DNA of 64,000 bases from Bacillota bacterium (GCA_023455425.1 JAEYCM010000013.1:1-64000); one strand, 5' to 3'. Positions 27,795 to 38,006 are shown, numbered from the stretch's first letter. Program-made: numbers and translations. Notes: generated by a model not told the origin, from the letters alone.

Positions 27795-30182
27795 ATGCAA
27801 TACGGCCATTTTGATACCACAGCAAAAGAGTATGTCATCGACCGCGTGGACCTGCCCGTCTCCTGGACCAATTATATCGGCACAAAAGATATGTGCGGGG
27901 TATTCAACCATACGGCGGGGGGCTATCTCTTCTACAAATCTCCGGAATATCATCGCATTACGCGCTTTCGGCCCAACGGCGTTCCCATGGACGGCCCAGG
28001 GCATTATGTCTATTTGCGGGATGATGAAACGGGCGAATACTGGAGCGTCTCCTGGCAGCCGGTAGGCAAACCGCTCGACGCGGCGCAGTATTCCTGCCGC
28101 CACGGGCTTTCCTATACCGTTTATACCTGTGAGTATAACGGCATACGCGCCACGCAGAAGCTTTCCGTCGCGATGGACGATCCCGTGGAAATATGGGACG
28201 TTACGCTGACGAATGTAAGCAGCCGGCCGCGCCGCATCAGCGTGTTTTCTTACTGCGAGTTCTCGTTCCACCACATCGCCATGGACAACCAGAACTTCCA
28301 GATGAGCCTGTACGCAACGGGTTCCCGCTACGAGGACGGCGTCATCGAGCACGACCTCTACTACGAAGAAAACGGCTACCAGTTCTTTACCGCAAGCTTT
28401 ACGCCGGATGGATTTGACTGCCTGCGGGACAGCTTTATCGGCCCCTATCATACGGAAAAGAACCCGCTTGCGGTGGAGCGCGGCGCATGCTCGAATAGTT
28501 TTGAAAAGGGCGGCAACCACTGTGGCGCGCTGCACAAGCAGTTTACTCTTAACGCAGGAGAAACAACGCGCTTTTTCTTCCTGCTGGGGGAAGGCAATGC
28601 GGAAGCGGGCCTTATTATGCGCGGGAAATACGCCAACGCGCAAGCCGTGGACGCACAGGGAAAGAAGCTTGCCGCGTTCTGGGAAGAGAAGCTTTCCCGC
28701 CTGCAAATAAAGACGCCCAATGGGGGCATGAACGAACTGCTCAACACCTGGACGCTGTACCAGAGCGAAATCAACGTGCTGTTTTCCCGTTTTTCCTCCT
28801 TCATTGAGGTGGGCGGGCGCACGGGCCTAGGGTACCGCGATACCGCGCAGGACGCCATGACCATCCCGCACGCAGAGCCGGAAGGATGCAAAATGCGCAT
28901 CCTGCAGTTGATGCGGGCGCTGACCTCCCATGGCTACGGCCTGCACCTGTTTGAGCCGAGATGGTTTGAGCCGGAGGAGGAAAAGCCCTTCAAGTCCCCC
29001 ACCGTCATCCCCACGCCGGAAAAATCGAGCTATGTGCACGGCCTCAAGGACGCCTGTTCCGACGACGCGCTGTGGCTTGTCGGCGCAGTGGTGAACTATG
29101 TAAAGGAGACCGGGGATTTTAGCCTTCTTTCCACCGTACTCCCCTACGCGGATGAAGGGGAGGAAACGGTATACGGCCACCTCAAGCGCATTCTTTTATT
29201 TACCGCGCGGGAAACCGGCCCCAACGGCATTGCAAAGGGGTTGCGGGCGGACTGGAACGACTGCCTGAATTTGGGCGGCGGCGAAAGCGCGATGGTGAGT
29301 TTTTTGCATTACTGGGCGCTTACCCAGTTCGTGGAGCTTGCGGAATATTTGGGACGCAAGGAAGACGCGGACTATTTTTCCTCCATGGCGCGGGATGTCA
29401 AGCGCCGCTGCGAGGAAGTATTGTGGGACGGCGCGTGGTACATCCGGGGCATCACGGCGGACGGACGCAAAATTGGAACCTCCGGGGATAAAGAGGGCAA
29501 GGTGCATCTGGAGAGCAACGCCTGGGCGGTGCTCTCCGGCGTGGCATCCCCCGAGCGTGCCAAAACCTGTATGGATGCGGTACGGGACTATCTCTTTACA
29601 GAATACGGCCTGATGCTTAACGCCCCGCCCTACACCGAACCCGACGAAGGCATCGGCTTTGTCACGCGCGTGTATCCGGGCGTAAAGGAGAACGGCGCGA
29701 TATTCTCGCATCCCAACCCGTGGGCATGGGCCGCGGAATGCCTCTTAGGCCGCGGAGAGATTGCCATGACGTACTATGACGCGCTCTCCCCCTACAACCA
29801 GAACAATAAAATTGAAATTCGCCAGGCCGAGCCCTATACCTACTGCCAGTTCATCATGGGCCGCGGGCACACGGCGTTTGGCCGCGCGCGCCACCCGTTT
29901 ATGACGGGCAGCGCGGGCTGGGCGTACTTTAGCGCCACGCAATATATGCTCGGCGTCAGGCCGGGGTTTGACGGGCTTACAATCGACCCCTGCATCCCAA
30001 AAGACTGGAACGGCTTTTCCGTTACGCGCGTCTACCGCGGCGGAACGTACCATATCCGGGTAAGCAATCCGCGCGGCGTGGAAAAGGGCATTTCGTCCAT
30101 TACGGCCGACGGCCTGCGGGTTCATAAAATTCCGCTGCTCAAGGCCGGCGAATCGTGCGATATCGTCATCGAAATGGGGTAA
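27795..30182 (+). CDS. Glycoside hydrolase family 94 disaccharide phosphorylase (cellobiose/chitobiose phosphorylase-like)
   Basis: 795 aa from MQYGHFDTTAKEYVI, with a GGAGGA RBS. The N-terminus and overall length match GH94 cellobiose/chitobiose phosphorylases. The track ORF is extended 50 codons upstream. Confidence 0.8.
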   Translation: MQYGHFDTTAKEYVIDRVDLPVSWTNYIGTKDMCGVFNHTAGGYLFYKSPEYHRITRFRPNGVPMDGPGHYVYLRDDETGEYWSVSWQPVGKPLDAAQYSCRHGLSYTVYTCEYNGIRATQKLSVAMDDPVEIWDVTLTNVSSRPRRISVFSYCEFSFHHIAMDNQNFQMSLYATGSRYEDGVIEHDLYYEENGYQFFTASFTPDGFDCLRDSFIGPYHTEKNPLAVERGACSNSFEKGGNHCGALHKQFTLNAGETTRFFFLLGEGNAEAGLIMRGKYANAQAVDAQGKKLAAFWEEKLSRLQIKTPNGGMNELLNTWTLYQSEINVLFSRFSSFIEVGGRTGLGYRDTAQDAMTIPHAEPEGCKMRILQLMRALTSHGYGLHLFEPRWFEPEEEKPFKSPTVIPTPEKSSYVHGLKDACSDDALWLVGAVVNYVKETGDFSLLSTVLPYADEGEETVYGHLKRILLFTARETGPNGIAKGLRADWNDCLNLGGGESAMVSFLHYWALTQFVELAEYLGRKEDADYFSSMARDVKRRCEEVLWDGAWYIRGITADGRKIGTSGDKEGKVHLESNAWAVLSGVASPERAKTCMDAVRDYLFTEYGLMLNAPPYTEPDEGIGFVTRVYPGVKENGAIFSHPNPWAWAAECLLGRGEIAMTYYDALSPYNQNNKIEIRQAEPYTYCQFIMGRGHTAFGRARHPFMTGSAGWAYFSATQYMLGVRPGFDGLTIDPCIPKDWNGFSVTRVYRGGTYHIRVSNPRGVEKGISSITADGLRVHKIPLLKAGESCDIVIEMG

Positions 30183-30186
30183 CACT

Positions 30187-31602
30187 ATGATCAAGTTCGG
30201 AACGGGCGGCTGGCGCGCCATTATCGCGGATGAGTTTACAAAGGCCAACCTGCAGCTCCTGGTCAGCGGCCTTTGCCGCATGATGCAGGACGAAGGAAAA
30301 GCCGAAAAAGGCGTGTGCATCGGCTACGACCGCCGCTTTTTATCCAAAGAGGCCGCCATGTGGGCCGCCGAGGTGTTTGCGGGAAACGGCGTCCTCTGCA
30401 GGATTTTGGACCGCGAGGCGCCGACCCCGCTCATCATGTATACCGTAAAGTTATACGGACTGGAGTACGGGCTTGCCATCACCGCCAGCCACAACCCGGC
30501 CATCTACAACGGCGTAAAGCTGTTCACCGCCGGGGGACGGGACGCGGAAGAAACCGTCACGAGAAAACTGGAGGGCTATATTGAGCGGGTACAGGAAGCC
30601 AATATCCTTCCCTATCCGCAAGGCCGCTCGGCAGGGTTGGTTGAGGAAATCAACCCGCAGAACGCGTATATTGACAGCATCCTCTCTTTGGTGGATGTGG
30701 AAGCCATCAAGACGGCACGGTTAAAGATCTCCTTCGACCCGATGTTCGGCGTAAGCCAGACGAGCCTCCGCACCATATTGCTGACCGCGCGCTGCGAAGT
30801 ATACGCCATACACGAGCGGCACGACACGCTCTTTGGCGGCAGGCTCCCCGCGCCCAATGTGGACACGCTCAACTCGTTAAGCAACTTTGTGATGGAAAAC
30901 AACTGCGATATCGGCATCGCCACCGACGGGGATGCCGACCGCATCGGCGTCATCGACGACAAAGGCGTGTTTGTGCACCCTAACCGGCTGCTTGTGCTTC
31001 TATACTACTATCTCATGCAGTACCGCGGCTGGCGCGGTCCGGTGGTGCGCAACAACTCCACCACGCACCTGTTGGACAAGGTGGCGCAGGGGTATGGCGA
31101 GGTCTGCTATGAAGTGCCGGTGGGCTTTAAGCACATCTCCTCCAAGATGGAGGAGGTCGGCGCGATCATCGGGGGCGAATCCTCCGGCGGCCTTACCGTA
31201 AAGGGGCATATCCGGGGCAAGGACGGCATTTATGCCGCCGCCCTGCTTGCGGAAATGATGGCGAAGACGGGCAAGCGGCTTTCCGAACTTTACCGTGAAA
31301 TCACCGACCGGTTCGGTTCGGTCTATACCGCGGAGGCGGAGCTGCTGCTCACGCCTAAGCTCAAAGAAAACCTCAGCCGGAGGTTACTGGAGGAAAAAGA
31401 GCTTCCGCGCTTCCCGTTTGAGATCCAGAAGGTCTCGTATCTTGACGGCTGCAAGGTCTATTTCGCAAACGGCGGCTGGGTGGTGGCGCGTTTCTCCGGT
31501 ACGGAACCGTTGCTGCGGCTGTGCAGCGAAATGGCGACCGAACAGGACGCCTTAGCGTGCATCCGTCTATTTCAAAGCATACTCGAGGGGGTGGCGGCAT
31601 GA
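30187..31602 (+). CDS. Phosphohexomutase (phosphoglucomutase/phosphomannomutase/phosphoglucosamine mutase superfamily)
   Basis: 471 aa with the active-site Ser loop TASHNP and four alpha/beta/alpha-TBP domains. It starts 5 nt after the GH94 stop. Confidence 0.8.
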   Translation: MIKFGTGGWRAIIADEFTKANLQLLVSGLCRMMQDEGKAEKGVCIGYDRRFLSKEAAMWAAEVFAGNGVLCRILDREAPTPLIMYTVKLYGLEYGLAITASHNPAIYNGVKLFTAGGRDAEETVTRKLEGYIERVQEANILPYPQGRSAGLVEEINPQNAYIDSILSLVDVEAIKTARLKISFDPMFGVSQTSLRTILLTARCEVYAIHERHDTLFGGRLPAPNVDTLNSLSNFVMENNCDIGIATDGDADRIGVIDDKGVFVHPNRLLVLLYYYLMQYRGWRGPVVRNNSTTHLLDKVAQGYGEVCYEVPVGFKHISSKMEEVGAIIGGESSGGLTVKGHIRGKDGIYAAALLAEMMAKTGKRLSELYREITDRFGSVYTAEAELLLTPKLKENLSRRLLEEKELPRFPFEIQKVSYLDGCKVYFANGGWVVARFSGTEPLLRLCSEMATEQDALACIRLFQSILEGVAA

Positions 31603-32324
31603 AAGTCATCAAAATGCCGGATTATCTTGGCATGAGCAGGCAGGCTGCAAATATTCTTTCCGCGCAGGTCATCATGAAACCAAATAGCGTACTCGGCCTT
31701 GCTACGGGGTCTACGCCCATCGGCGTATACAAACAGCTTGTAGAGTGGTACAAGAAGGGCGATATCGATTTTTCGCAAGTTTGCACCGTCAATCTGGACG
31801 AATACTGCGGCTTAGCGCCCGAGCACGAGCAGAGCTACGCCCACTTTATGTGGGAGCATCTGTTTTCCCACATCAACATCAAAAAAGAGAACGTCCATCT
31901 CCCCAACGGGCTTGAAGCGGACGCGGAAAAGGAATGCGCGCGCTACAACACGCTACTTGAGGAGCTTGGCTTTATCGACCTGCAGCTATTGGGCATCGGC
32001 CACAACGGGCATATCGGCTTTAACGAACCGGGGCATGCGTTCGCGCTTGAAACCCACCGGGTCAAGCTGACCGAAAGCACGGTAAAGGCCAATTCCCGCC
32101 TGTTTGAAAGCATAACGGATATGCCCCAATATGCCTACAGCATGGGCATCAAATCCATCATGCAGGCGCGGCGCATACTCGTCATCGTTTCGGGTGCGGA
32201 CAAGGCCGATATAGTCAAAGAAGCGTTCACGGGCGAGGTTTCCCCCGCCGTACCCGCTTCCGTACTGCAGCTTCATCCCGGCGTGACGCTGGTGGGGGAT
32301 GAGGCGGCGCTATCCAAGCTGTAA
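31599..32324 (+). CDS. nagB: Glucosamine-6-phosphate deaminase
   Basis: 241 aa from MKVIKMPDY. The ATGA start/stop overlap with the mutase gene indicates translational coupling. It has a NagB/6-phosphogluconolactonase fold. Confidence 0.85.
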   Translation: MKVIKMPDYLGMSRQAANILSAQVIMKPNSVLGLATGSTPIGVYKQLVEWYKKGDIDFSQVCTVNLDEYCGLAPEHEQSYAHFMWEHLFSHINIKKENVHLPNGLEADAEKECARYNTLLEELGFIDLQLLGIGHNGHIGFNEPGHAFALETHRVKLTESTVKANSRLFESITDMPQYAYSMGIKSIMQARRILVIVSGADKADIVKEAFTGEVSPAVPASVLQLHPGVTLVGDEAALSKL

Positions 32325-32602
32325 CAAACGCAATCAAACCAAGCATAGGCAAAGGCCGGAGTTTGCGGTAGTGTCATAGAGAACGGCGGACTGTATCGCA
32401 AGCGAAACGGCCCGCCTTTTTCCCCCTCTGACGAGGGAGGCTTTATTGCCAAGTACCATAGTCTGAATTCCCGCCCTCAGATATTGGGGGCAAAAATAAT
32501 GCCCCTGCGGGCCTGTGTTTGTCATACGCGCTATGCTCGCAGGCTTGCTTAGGAAAGGATGAAATCAATAAGGAAAAGCATGCACCTGCTCCGTGTGGCA
32601 AG

Positions 32603-33115
32603 CTACAGCTCAATATCCACGTGATATGTATCGTCAATCAATATGTAATCGCATCCATATTTTTTACACAGTTCCAAATTTAAAGCGTTTTCCAGCACCA
32701 GCCTTTCCTGCGTAATCCATGAATCATCAGAACGCATTTCTACCATATTGGCATACGCCCGAATGTCCGAAAAGTGGTTGGAGATATACCGTTCTGTCAT
32801 GATAAGACAATAATAGCGAATGTTCTTCATGTATTCGTCGGTAAAGCTGCTTTGCCAATCGAATGGGATGTAGCATCCTTCTACTATCAGATTCTGCTTA
32901 TTTTCGATTGCGGTTTTTATTATTTCACTTACGATCGGCCATAGGTAGCCTGTCAGCAAGCCGTTATCTTCCGGCGTAAGGTTTGTCTGCCCGCTGCGAA
33001 TTAACCCCATCTTCAAATGGTCGATTGACAAGTAAGGGTAATGGAATTTTTCAAGCAATTTCTGCGCCAAAAGCGTTTTGCCTGTATGTGAACTGCCGGC
33101 TATCAAAACTATCAT
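32603..33115 (-). CDS. P-loop NTPase / small-molecule kinase-like protein (AAA_33 / chloramphenicol-phosphotransferase-like fold)
   Basis: 170 aa from MIVLIAGSSHTGKT (Walker A). The track's 228-aa ORF is an over-extension that runs into the upstream repeat element. Confidence 0.55.
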   Translation of the reverse strand: MIVLIAGSSHTGKTLLAQKLLEKFHYPYLSIDHLKMGLIRSGQTNLTPEDNGLLTGYLWPIVSEIIKTAIENKQNLIVEGCYIPFDWQSSFTDEYMKNIRYYCLIMTERYISNHFSDIRAYANMVEMRSDDSWITQERLVLENALNLELCKKYGCDYILIDDTYHVDIEL

Positions 33116-33215
33116 AAAAACAACCCGCCTTATATATACTTCAGTCGTTCGGCTTATCTTTGTACAGAATAGCAAGTCAGAAGGCGTACCGCAACAGTTC
33201 TCTGTCACAGCACGC

Positions 33216-33335
33216 CTCAGGGGCTTTGCCCCCGAACCCTCATCCAAGGGCCAGTGCCCCTCGGGAATCCCGATATCGGAATATCCCATTCTGGGTCCTT
33301 AGGGCCGTAACGGCCCTAAGCGGAAGTTTGGATGC
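33216..33335. repeat. Structured intergenic repeat, copy A (AGGGGCTTTGCCCC / CAAGGG..CCC / CTTAGGGC-GT-AC-GCCCTAAGCGG), inside the aroE / P-loop-kinase operon
   Basis: About 80% identical over ~120 nt to the copy at 56960-57100. Three consecutive hairpins. Confidence 0.55.
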
Positions 33336-33372
33336 AGCGCCTCCAACGTCCCTCCGTTTTGTCTGACCATTC

Positions 33373-34218
33373 TTATGCAAACTCTTTTTCAAGCGCCGCG
33401 TACATCACGTCCGTGGGCGCGTCCTCTCCCGTCCACAGCTTAAACCCGATGGCGCCCTGCTCCACCAGCATGGAAAGGCCGTCGTACGTTACCGCGCCCC
33501 GCACCTTGGCCTTCTGCAAAAAGAGCGTATTCGCCGGGTTGGGGATGATGTCCTGTACGATCATATCCGGCGTGATATCCTCATAGCAGATATCCGGCAC
33601 GCTCGGGTCGGGATATAAGCCGATGGAGGTGGCGTTGATGAGGATATCGCATTTAGGGATACGGAGGCCCGGCTCCCACACAAACGCTTCCGCTTTGCAG
33701 GCGGTGTTTTGATTGACAACGACCGCGATCTCCTCCGCCTTATATAGCGTCCTATTATATATCAGAATGCGCGCGCAGCCCGCAAGCGCGCACTCCACAG
33801 AGATCGCGCGGGAAGCGCCGCCTGCGCCCAGTATGACTGCGGTCTTGCCGCTTAACGACACGCCCTTTTTCCGCATGCCCTCCACAAAGCCCGCGCCATC
33901 CGTATTGTCTCCATAGAGAACTCCGTCCCGGTTGGCGACGGTATTGATGGCCCCGATGAGCTTTGCCTTATCGCTAAGTTCATCCACGTACTTCATGGCC
34001 TCCACCTTGTGCGGCACCGTCAGGTTGACGCCGCCAAAGCGCATCGCCCGCAAGCCTTCAAAGGCGGCTTTGAGCTGGGCGGGTTCCACCAGAAGGTTCA
34101 GATATCTCCAGTTCAAATTCTTTGCCTGAAACGCCGCTTCCTGCATGATGCCGCTGGGGTTTTCATCCACCGGGCAGCCGAATACGCCGGTCAGCTCCGC
34201 GCGGTAGTTTTTTTCCAT
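33373..34218 (-). CDS. aroE: Shikimate (or quinate/shikimate) 5-dehydrogenase
   Basis: 281 aa with an AroE N-terminal substrate domain and a Rossmann GAGGA motif (VILGAGGASRAI). Confidence 0.8.
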   Translation of the reverse strand: MEKNYRAELTGVFGCPVDENPSGIMQEAAFQAKNLNWRYLNLLVEPAQLKAAFEGLRAMRFGGVNLTVPHKVEAMKYVDELSDKAKLIGAINTVANRDGVLYGDNTDGAGFVEGMRKKGVSLSGKTAVILGAGGASRAISVECALAGCARILIYNRTLYKAEEIAVVVNQNTACKAEAFVWEPGLRIPKCDILINATSIGLYPDPSVPDICYEDITPDMIVQDIIPNPANTLFLQKAKVRGAVTYDGLSMLVEQGAIGFKLWTGEDAPTDVMYAALEKEFA

Positions 34219-34287
34219 GGTCGGTTTCCTCCTAAGTCTGTCGTTTCAACTCATTGTATCATCGGGTCCTTGCGCTTTCAACGCAGC

Positions 34288-34314
34288 AAAAAACGGGCGG
34301 CATTGGGCCGCCCG
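34288..34314 (-). terminator. Rho-independent terminator for the minus-strand ferritin-like gene
   Basis: CGGGCGGC-attg-GGCCGCCCG hairpin with an A-run on the plus strand, which is a T-run on the transcribed strand. Confidence 0.5.
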
Positions 34315-34331
34315 CTTCAACCGTTTTCCAG

Positions 34332-35579
34332 CTATGCGTTTGCGGTGCGCGCGATATCCGTATTGTCCTTGGTGCGGTCGGTCAGCGCCTGGACGGGATT
34401 GGGTCCGACTTCTGCGCGGTAATCGGTATTAAACTGCTGGAGATGGCGGTCGATCACCACATGGCTCGCGACCGCGCCAAGATCATGATTGACCCGGTTC
34501 TGGAAAGTAAAGAACTCATGCGAGGAAGGAATTCTCGTAACCTCCGCGTAGTCTTCCCGGTCAGCTGTGAGCAATATCTGGCTGCCCAGCACCTGGCGCA
34601 CATAATCCCGCGTATCATGGAGCTGCAGCAACTTCGGGAAATCACCGCCGGGGATAACGGACTGCCACTCCTTGTTCTCATATTTTTGTAACAGCTCCGC
34701 CGCTTTATGAAGCTGCGCGACTTCCTGCGTAAAGTGCATTTCCCAGATGGATTTCACGCTCGGGTCCAGCTCATCCTGATAGAACGAATAGTAGAGATAG
34801 CATTCCATATACTCGTGCATCAGCAGGCTTTCGAGCCATGTCGCGTTGGGATCGAGCAGGGAACCGTAATGGCTTACATGCTGCTCCTCGATCTGGGCGA
34901 TTTCAAGGTAGAGCTTCCGCCCGAGATCGTTCTGATAGGTGTTGCCGATATTCATATAAAAGTTCATCGTCTGCTGCTCGCCCGCGGTGATGATGAGCGT
35001 GTTGAGCTTTGTCTGGATATTCGCCGTTTTACAGTCGATATGCCGTTTGACGGAATCATACGGGTGCCTGTGCTCCGCAATCGTCGGGCGGCCCGGCGTG
35101 ATTTCCACATAGCTCTTCACCAGACCCTCCGCCGGAATGTTCGCGTCAAGGTCCAGAAGATTGGAATACCGGTACAGATGGTCAAAATCCTCCAGCAACG
35201 CGAAATCGAGCGCCTGCTTGACATATGCGTCCGGCTCGTTCTCCGCAAGCCAGGCCGTCAAATCCACCGCCACATGCTCGTAGCCGATAGTGGTTTCGAG
35301 CGCCGTTTCGTCTATGGGCTTGAGCCAGTTGATGTGCTTCTGCTGCAGCTGCTCCACCCTCCGGGAAAGCGCCACCTCGCGCCGCACGTCGTTATCCGTG
35401 CAGTGGCGGTGGAGCTGGTGCTTGAACATGACGCTTTCCACCTCGATACCGTTCATCAATATGATGCGGACCTTGGTATAGGGGTCTACCGTACGTTTAT
35501 CGTAGGGCTTGGGATAGACGGTGGACCAATCCATAATTCCTTCAAATACGGGTACGGGCTTTTCCAGAAACGGATTCAT
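34332..35579 (-). CDS. Hypothetical protein, possibly a ferritin-like/diiron four-helix-bundle family member
   Basis: 415 aa from MNPFLEKP, with an AAGGAG RBS 8 nt upstream. It contains E..H-containing helices (IAQIEEQHVSHY, LLMHEYMECY). The diiron assignment is tentative. Confidence 0.45.
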   Translation of the reverse strand: MNPFLEKPVPVFEGIMDWSTVYPKPYDKRTVDPYTKVRIILMNGIEVESVMFKHQLHRHCTDNDVRREVALSRRVEQLQQKHINWLKPIDETALETTIGYEHVAVDLTAWLAENEPDAYVKQALDFALLEDFDHLYRYSNLLDLDANIPAEGLVKSYVEITPGRPTIAEHRHPYDSVKRHIDCKTANIQTKLNTLIITAGEQQTMNFYMNIGNTYQNDLGRKLYLEIAQIEEQHVSHYGSLLDPNATWLESLLMHEYMECYLYYSFYQDELDPSVKSIWEMHFTQEVAQLHKAAELLQKYENKEWQSVIPGGDFPKLLQLHDTRDYVRQVLGSQILLTADREDYAEVTRIPSSHEFFTFQNRVNHDLGAVASHVVIDRHLQQFNTDYRAEVGPNPVQALTDRTKDNTDIARTANA

Positions 35580-35657
35580 TGCGCACACTCCTTCTGCCTT
35601 TTGTTTTGGTTAATCTGTCCAAAGTTGCACAGACTATGTAAAAATCCGGCATTTGAT

Positions 35658-38006
35658 ATGGAAGGAATTATCTTTTTGACTACTGCCATAGGAACGAATG
35701 TCACGCGGAAGGATGCGTGGGATAAAGCGACGGGCCGCGCCGCCTATACGGACGATCTTCCCGGAAATGGCGCGGCATTTGCGCGCCTCCTTACAAGCCC
35801 GCACGCGCACGCGAAAATTGAGCGCATCGACGTTTCTAAAGCGGAAGCGCTGCCCGGCGTGCTGGCCGTGCTGACCGGCCGGGACTGCCCCCGCACGGTG
35901 GGCCCCCTGTTGCAGGACCGGCCCATACTGGCTAGAGAAAAGGTCCGCTACGCGGGGGAACCGGTTGCGCTTGTCGTCGCGTGGGAGGAATGCATCGCCG
36001 CACGGGCTCTGGAACTGATCGAAGTCGTCTATACGCCGCTTACGCCGGTGCTGACACCGTCGCAATCTTTAAAAGCGAACGCGCCGCGCATCCATGAAAA
36101 CCCGAAGGCATACCGCCGCGTAAAGTCGGATATCTACCCCGTGGAGAACAGCAACATCGCAAGCCAATACCAAATCCGAAAAGGGGACGCCAAGAACGCT
36201 CTTGCCGCAAGCGACATCGTCGTCACCAAGCGCTTCTTCCTCCCCCCTTCCGCGCACGCGTCTATGGAAACGCATTGCGCCGAGGCGGAAATAAAAGCCG
36301 ACGGCACGGTGGTGATTTCGGCTTCCTCCCAGGCGCCCTATGAGGTGCGAAAACAGCTTGCGGAAACCTTTGCGCTCGAAGCCGGTAACATAGAGGTCAA
36401 AGTGCCGTTTGTCGGCGGCGGCTTTGGCGGCAAAGCGCCCGTTATGCTCGAATTTTTAGCCTACCTTGCTTCACACAAGCTCGGCGGGCAGAAAGTGCGC
36501 GTAGCCCTCCCGCGCGAGGAAGAATTTCATACAGTGCCCTGCCGCATCGGACTGGAAGCGGAACTCACGCTGGGCGCAAACCGGGAAGGCGTATTGCAGG
36601 TCGCCCGGCTTTGCTACTGGGTGGACTGCGGCGCATACAGCGACAGCGCGCCCTATATGACAAAAGCCATCGCCGTGGACTGTACGGGCCCGTACGACAT
36701 CCCGCACCTATTCTGCAACGCCTGCTGCGTCTATACCAACCACACGTTTGCCACCTCCTACCGCGGGTTCGGGCACGATTCGCTGACGTTCTGCATCGAG
36801 CGGACGCTGGACACGCTTTCTACTCAGCTTCATATGGACCCGCTTGTGCTGCGGCAGAAAAACGCAATCGTCCCCGGCAAAGAGACGCCCACGCAGGTCG
36901 TTGTTAGCCGCGGCAACGCGGGCGATCTTTCCGCCTGCCTGCAACAGCTCAAATCCCTTGTGAAATGGGAAAGCGGTCGGGTCATTCCAATCAAGGAAAA
37001 CACGGTGCGCGCGCAGGGCGTCGCCTGCTTTTGGAAGTGCGAAAACCCGCCGCCCAACGCCGTTTCCGGCGCGCTTGTCACGCCCAACCCGGACGGCAGC
37101 TTCAACCTTAACACCGGGGTGGTGGAAATGGGTTCGGGCGGACAGACGCTTTTAGCGCAGTTGTTTGCGGAAAAGCTGCAGATTGAGCCCAGCATGGTGC
37201 ACGTTTCCTTTCCGGTGGATACGCGGCTAAACCCCGAGCATTGGAAGACGGTCGCCAGCATGACGGCGCATATGGCGGGGAGCGCGGTCTGCGCTGCGGC
37301 GGACGATATCATTACCCAATTGAAGCGCAACGGCGCTATGGCGCTTGGATGTGCGGAAGAGGAAATCGAGGTGGCGCACGCCCGGGTATACCAAAAGAGC
37401 GCGCCGGAAAAATTTATACCTTTTAAGGATATCGTCAACGGCTATCAGGCGGAGGACGGTTCTTCCATCGGGGAACCGGCGCTCGGGCGCGGCAGCTTTA
37501 TGTTAAAGGGGCTGACGTTATTGGACGAGGTTTCGGGCAAAGGGCGGACGGGGCCTTCCTGGTCGGTCGGCGCGCAGGCTGTGGAGGTGGAGCTGGATAC
37601 CAAAGAATACACCTACCGCATCCTGTCCGCGACGACCGTGATGGACATTGGCCGCGTGATCGACCCCGAGGCCATGCGCTCTATCATCGCGGGCGGCATG
37701 GCGATGGGGGTCTCCATGGCCACGCGCGAAGCGTACCATTACGACGCGGACGGCGTTTTGACCACGCCGACCCTGCGGACCTACAAGCTCTTGCACATCG
37801 GACAGGAACCGGAGTACCGTGTGGGGTTTGTGGAAACGCCGGAGGAACATTCGCCTTACGGGGTCCGCAAATTTTCGGAGCACGGCATCCTTGGCATCCC
37901 GGCAGCGTTTGCAAACGCGCTTTCCTCCGCGCTCAACCAACCCATCGATACGCTGCCGCTTACGCCGGAACGGCTCTGGCGCACCGCAGAGGGAGGTACC
38001 CCATGA
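35658..38006 (+). CDS. Xanthine dehydrogenase/aldehyde oxidase-family molybdopterin-binding large subunit
   Basis: ~782 aa with an Ald_Xan_dh_C plus MoCo-binding domain architecture. The start is either ATG at 35658 or TTG at 35676 after a GGAAGGA RBS. The first ~950 nt of the track's 1099-aa ORF is antisense to the upstream gene and is spurious. Confidence 0.8.
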   Translation: MEGIIFLTTAIGTNVTRKDAWDKATGRAAYTDDLPGNGAAFARLLTSPHAHAKIERIDVSKAEALPGVLAVLTGRDCPRTVGPLLQDRPILAREKVRYAGEPVALVVAWEECIAARALELIEVVYTPLTPVLTPSQSLKANAPRIHENPKAYRRVKSDIYPVENSNIASQYQIRKGDAKNALAASDIVVTKRFFLPPSAHASMETHCAEAEIKADGTVVISASSQAPYEVRKQLAETFALEAGNIEVKVPFVGGGFGGKAPVMLEFLAYLASHKLGGQKVRVALPREEEFHTVPCRIGLEAELTLGANREGVLQVARLCYWVDCGAYSDSAPYMTKAIAVDCTGPYDIPHLFCNACCVYTNHTFATSYRGFGHDSLTFCIERTLDTLSTQLHMDPLVLRQKNAIVPGKETPTQVVVSRGNAGDLSACLQQLKSLVKWESGRVIPIKENTVRAQGVACFWKCENPPPNAVSGALVTPNPDGSFNLNTGVVEMGSGGQTLLAQLFAEKLQIEPSMVHVSFPVDTRLNPEHWKTVASMTAHMAGSAVCAAADDIITQLKRNGAMALGCAEEEIEVAHARVYQKSAPEKFIPFKDIVNGYQAEDGSSIGEPALGRGSFMLKGLTLLDEVSGKGRTGPSWSVGAQAVEVELDTKEYTYRILSATTVMDIGRVIDPEAMRSIIAGGMAMGVSMATREAYHYDADGVLTTPTLRTYKLLHIGQEPEYRVGFVETPEEHSPYGVRKFSEHGILGIPAAFANALSSALNQPIDTLPLTPERLWRTAEGGTP

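Noticed and set aside
34707-35657. N-terminal ~320 codons of the 1099-aa ORF 34707-38006.
   Set aside because: This portion is antisense to the 34332-35579 gene. The real molybdopterin subunit starts at ~35658-35676, after an RBS in the intergenic gap.
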